This document shows positions 60,501 to 64,000 of a stretch of DNA of 64,000 nt, in pieces. How positions within the stretch are numbered: the stretch's first letter is position 1; the number at the start of each line of letters is the position of its first letter. The notes beneath the pieces were generated by a model, which was given only the letters and a program-made list of their open reading frames with translations, was not told the DNA's origin and ran no database searches. Source of the stretch: Minutocellus sp. GHC0000111 (lineage: Eukaryota); the NCBI GenBank assembly GCA_977018835.1, contig OZ361258.1, positions 1,240,001 to 1,304,000 of the forward strand, read 5' to 3'. Made by a program: the position numbers and the translations under genes.

Positions 60501-60692
60501 GACTCGACGGTAGATGTTACGATGGAGACAGACACGAGCCGAGATGCATCGCAGGAGGGAGTTGAAGTAATGCATGATGCTATTTCCATGGTCGCGTTTT
60601 CGGTCACAAAGGCCCAGGACAAAATAAGCCAATGGATGGAGAAGATTCCGCAGTGTATTCCTGACGACACCCAAGCTGCCGTTGGAAAATAA
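57513..60692 (+). CDS. Long low-complexity/coiled-coil protein
   Basis: Uninterrupted ORF with an Ala/Ser/Pro-rich N-half and heptad-rich segments in the C-half. The likely start is MSMTAEEE. Confidence 0.7.
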   Translation: MSMTAEEEDQPGPISSTACVGRDHNTRPSDATAADEALYPLDESPEKVAPSVAFAATEAEVLCTPEDGKKSTSNHRSYNALTNPVGDTIGSALNSGGAAAAGGDGGNNNKAAGSAGGSGNGGPSKAKQQAAPPSAAAAPEIAASAPSTAPASSPSATPSKATAAAAATPESSPQASRRLFQAMQAGTALPPSTDTSLASDDLDDSLNNVSNISGSNMNNMNSNMNDVSSGTPPPAAAGRSAAANANANDANDTTPVSAAAAAAAAAAQIRRDVEGAGQDKGEVLLDTSRERNRKDVVAMALNRRRHQQPLEEGGADDAEDDAEAGVPASASTTPPKHPAGTATTTVTSSSVHHPADESPAKALFRGGKPFQSSSGGGHHRSTPPSSSSRSRKVSPAKMHFASTAIPSPAVGGGGGDGGNAEENSVVGGSNVGGANLDASILADQSFMSQGANTFVEEDDDADDDNDDIVDNRTDVSAEVDALDLAGISPIFVRAFGSCGAGAGAGGVSSRWKKRQQQKAKMRDGSTSDVAAAAANAGTGDDEAKNNTIANLREEIDCLKAKVKARDVGIVKLNGELSEATADLKHVRLMLQKEQRRNAAFGGAGEMSYSYSATTATSADGDGAEPTAATVAAAPTAADVASYKRQIEKQQEEIRNRDVRLNWMTKKMESLEVERCSLVEQLAEETKAAPATVSPTVAGGGNNTASGNEKKDVLDHSESSQPGRIGKADDTVALRLKLHESDSTIAALKAEINTMRSPELYARSQAAEVERLVQKAKRDAATIAALKSENTRLVMKVANGGDMRQEETDKAKEGEDPNQSLDEILGEVSRCVDPAAIHGDGPEDEFFGDSLVEDPTIRSMSAPPTDKVKIKSLEKKLREAKELELSMKNRLDVLSAALSGETSKVAAENLIAEQKEASNDEQKALIARMEKDIDDRDKSLEVLRSIIDSQKKEIKTQWKNAERWKEEELVLEEENKELKRTLRKAAKVVKKVEIDNLDSTVDVTMETDTSRDASQEGVEVMHDAISMVAFSVTKAQDKISQWMEKIPQCIPDDTQAAVGK

Positions 60693-60897
60693 TTTGCTAT
60701 GCCTTTTGTGTTTTATATCACTTGACAAAGATGAAATATGTATACCCGTTTTATGTGTGAGACCATAATTGAACCGACATTTGAAGTGCAACCTTTGCTG
60801 CATTGAACAACAGAACGAACTAAATAATACGTAATAAATGTACGAAAGAACCCATGAAGATAGCGATGTATCACTGTCACCACTATCTTTACTGTGT

Positions 60898-63800
60898 TTA
60901 TTTCTTCTTCTTGCCTCCGCCCTTTTTCTTCTGCTTGATCTGCTTTGAGATCTTGCTGGCGCCAGCAGCAGAAATTTTACAGTCCCCGATCATCGACTGG
61001 ACCCACGTGTTGTCGTCGACTGCCTTGATGAGTCTGCGAAACTCCTCGGCCTTTGGACTCTTGTCGGTGTCCCCGCGTACGAACATTTCGACCGCCTGTT
61101 TGCTAGCTTTGCCCCTCTTGAGCGATCCCGGGGTCAACTTAACTCTGTACTTGTACTTCGACAGAGTGGAGTATGGAGCACAAACGGGAAGGGCATAGAG
61201 TATGACATCATTGGCATGTGGGGTGCCTGTAAGCTTTCCGATCTCAGCTCTGTCATCAATTTCGCCCCCTACATCAGTTTCTTCGTCGAGTATTCCATCT
61301 TCGGCAAGAATTTGGCGCCAAACTTCCTTTTCTGCATCCTTTTCAGCCTTGGTTTTTCGTTGCTTTCCATCGGATGTTCCATCGCCTTCATTGTTTGAAG
61401 CAAAATGTTCGGCTCCGTATTTCTTCACAGCTCGGATGATACCAGCGAGACTTGCGGAATAGTTATCGATGCGAGTTGAGTTGTTGAGCTCCAGAAGTCT
61501 CTTGGCGGCAGCCCGCTGCTCGTCTTCTGACTCTAGACCGACGAGTTGCTCGAGAGTATCCGCATCGAACTTATCCCACCGAACGACAGGCTCGGCATCT
61601 GCATCTGCATCGCCGGCTCCTTCCACGGTGACACAAGACGCCAACGTCTCGCGAATATCATCAGGCAATTTATCAGCAACCTTGGACGCGTCCTTCATCA
61701 AGAGCTCGGCCGCTTCAGATGCAGCCTTCAGCTGCGTCGAAGTTTCCTCCTCAACCTGCCGGCTTCCCTTACCCTTCTTCCTCGACCGCTTCTCTCCGCC
61801 ATGGAGAGCGAGCATGGCGAGCTCCCTATCTTCGTCATCCTGATCTTGATACTTCTTTGCCGCGCGCTTCATCTTTGCCTTTTTGCCTCTGGATAGGGTT
61901 TCTTGCTTCTTCTTGGGTTGATTCGCCTTGTTCTGTTTCACCGGTTTGGATTGAAAATCTTTTTCGCTGACTTCGGCTGGAGATTGGCCCTTTCGCATCA
62001 GCTTTCGTTCACGTGCCGAGATACCCTTCTTGGCTGGGGCTCCTCCGCCGTTTTCCTGCTCATTGGCATCGTCGCTATCAGATGATCCAACTTCTTTCTT
62101 TTCTTCTATCGAGGCGCTGGCGTTTTCGGCGTCAACGGCCTGTTGCTTCTGATTGGTGGAAGGCTCGGCCTTGGAAGATACCTTTGGATTTATCTTGGCA
62201 GAACCGGGGCTTTCATCGTCGCCATCGGCCAGAGAAGTCTCCCCCTCGAGAAGAGCAAAATCACGGCGATCATTGGCGTGCCGGGCGATACTAGCTTCAT
62301 CTCCCAATCGGAACAAAACGCCAATGCCCATCTCGAGTTGGGAGGCGGGTAGAAAGTTCTTTTTCCCTCTAATCATGAATGATCCGACAGTCAGATATTC
62401 GCCTGTGGGTGCCGTCTTGCTCACCTGATGCGATTCGACCCACCATGCCGAGGTCACCATTTTCGAGGCCCACGCCGATGAGCGACAAATGGTGAAATTT
62501 CCTGCTTCGAGTAGAGCTTGGTCGGATAGAGGGAGTACTTCGGTCTTGCCGCTGGGTGTTCTCCGACGCTTGGCTCGAAGAATGACTGACGCAGCACCAT
62601 GAACATCCGCGTGGAGATATGCGTCGCCGGGACGCAGATAGCGCTTGACTAGCTGCTCATTCTGCTGCGCATCTTTGCCTCCAACCACCAGATAGTTGTC
62701 GCTCGTAATCATGTAGTTGAACTTCTCAAACCAGTGCTGCTCGCGCTGAGGGGTGACGGTCGTCATTGCCTTCCGCTTCTGAGCCTCCTCGAGCTGTCGC
62801 TGGGCAGTCGCCTCCGCCGCTTTGAGTGCCTTGGTAGATGCCTCAATCGTTTTCTGAGATTTCTCCTTGGCCGATCTGTATTTCTCAAACATATTGCGAG
62901 CATTGCCAAATGCACTGTCCTTCAGCGATATGGTAATGTCAACAGTCGGGATGGCCTCTCCGTCACTACCGTCGTGGTTCATGATATCTGGCAGGGCAAG
63001 AACAACCGCGTCGTTGCCCAAATCCAACTTCTTGACCAGCATTGCAATGGGATTGCCATTGCGCTGCTCGACCTCGACCAGGCTTTCCAGCGCCTCCCAG
63101 TCCATGCCACTGCTCATGGCACTGTTGATGACCAGGAGGGCCTTGTCGACATCCTCGGCGTTGGCCTCGACGAGCTGAGCATTCTCCTTCATCCGCTCCA
63201 TGTCGCGTTCCAGCGCCTCGAGGCGATTGGCCTGGTCACGTCGAATTTTCTCCAGTTTCTCACGGGCCGCGGCCTCGGCGGCATCGGCCCGTAGGGCGCG
63301 CTTTTGGCCTTCAATGAGGGAAGAATTCGTCCACGGCAGTCGAGAAGGTGGGGTAGCGAATGTGCAGACGGCCGGCATGTTGGTTAAGCAAATGGGGCTG
63401 AAATTCCTCGAAAATCTTGTCCGCGTGAGGCATGGCAGGGTTGGATGCGTCCTCCTTCTTCTCGTTATCACCACCCTCCTCTTCTTCCCTCTCCTCCTTC
63501 TTAGGTCGATATAAGACATACCCCCCTCCATCTCCATTGACAAGGCTGTCCACCACGGCCAACCCTTCCTCTTGCAGGGCCGCCACGAGGCTGGACCATG
63601 CCGCGAGCGACACCACCTCCTCCAACGGCACGTCCGGCGTCAACTTGACGTTGGGTTCCAGCCCCGCACTGAGGATGCAGTGCTCAATGAGCGACGGACC
63701 AAAGTGATACACCCCGGACGTCGGCTTGAGCAGCAACGCCTTGAGGGTGATGGTCTGGTCCTTCTTCTTGCTCTTCTTGGAGCCACCCCCACCGCCTCCG

Positions 63801-64000
63801 CCACCCTTTTTGCCTTTTCCACTCTTGCCACTTTGTTGTTGTTGTTGCTGCTGCTGCTGCAGACGTTCCTGCTCCTCCGCCTCGACCATGCGTGCCCTCC
63901 AGGCCTCCATCTCGGATTTGGCCCATTCGCACGCCGCCAAACCGTCCATGGACAGCAGTCCCTGCCCCCCACCACCGGCAGTACCGGTATCCTCCCCACC
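60898..64000 (-). CDS. NEMF: NEMF/Rqc2 ribosome quality-control factor, 5'-truncated by the window; 1-bp frameshift at ~63320
   Basis: FGPSLIEHC, AVDEFF, WFEKFNYMITSDNYLVVGGKDAQQNEQLVKRY, HADVHGA, QVSKTAPTGEYLTVGSFMIRGKKNFLP and PVCAPY...YKYRVKLTPG. Confidence 0.92.

Overview
Gene-dense eukaryotic DNA, most likely a diatom. This is inferred from the short GT-AG introns, diatom-type Cys/His domains and a diatom-type Dicer architecture. About 24 host genes or gene remnants are recognisable. The main signal is two independently inserted ~4.24-kb DNA transposons (16510-20749 and 46662-50898) with 17-bp TIRs (GAGGGCGCTGTCCATAA), TTAA target duplications and two convergent genes. These features fit the Kolobok superfamily. 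The accessory gene appears to fuse an RPA70N-like OB fold to a KolX/P2X7-ballast-like domain. The transposase has the same internal deletion and frameshift in both copies. Copy 1 splits a ubiquitin-2OG-Fe(II) oxygenase fusion gene, and copy 2 abuts a 257-bp MITE. Differences between the copies cluster in one ~0.9-kb segment and fall mostly at pyrimidine-purine dinucleotides. A 1.7-kb tripartite non-autonomous LINE derivative with a 16-bp TSD lies at 7542-9255. About ten host genes, including NEMF and the Dicer-like gene, carry nonsense, frameshift, splice-site or insertion lesions, which points to a degenerating haplotype or to consensus errors. All family assignments are from motif recognition by eye; no searches were run.
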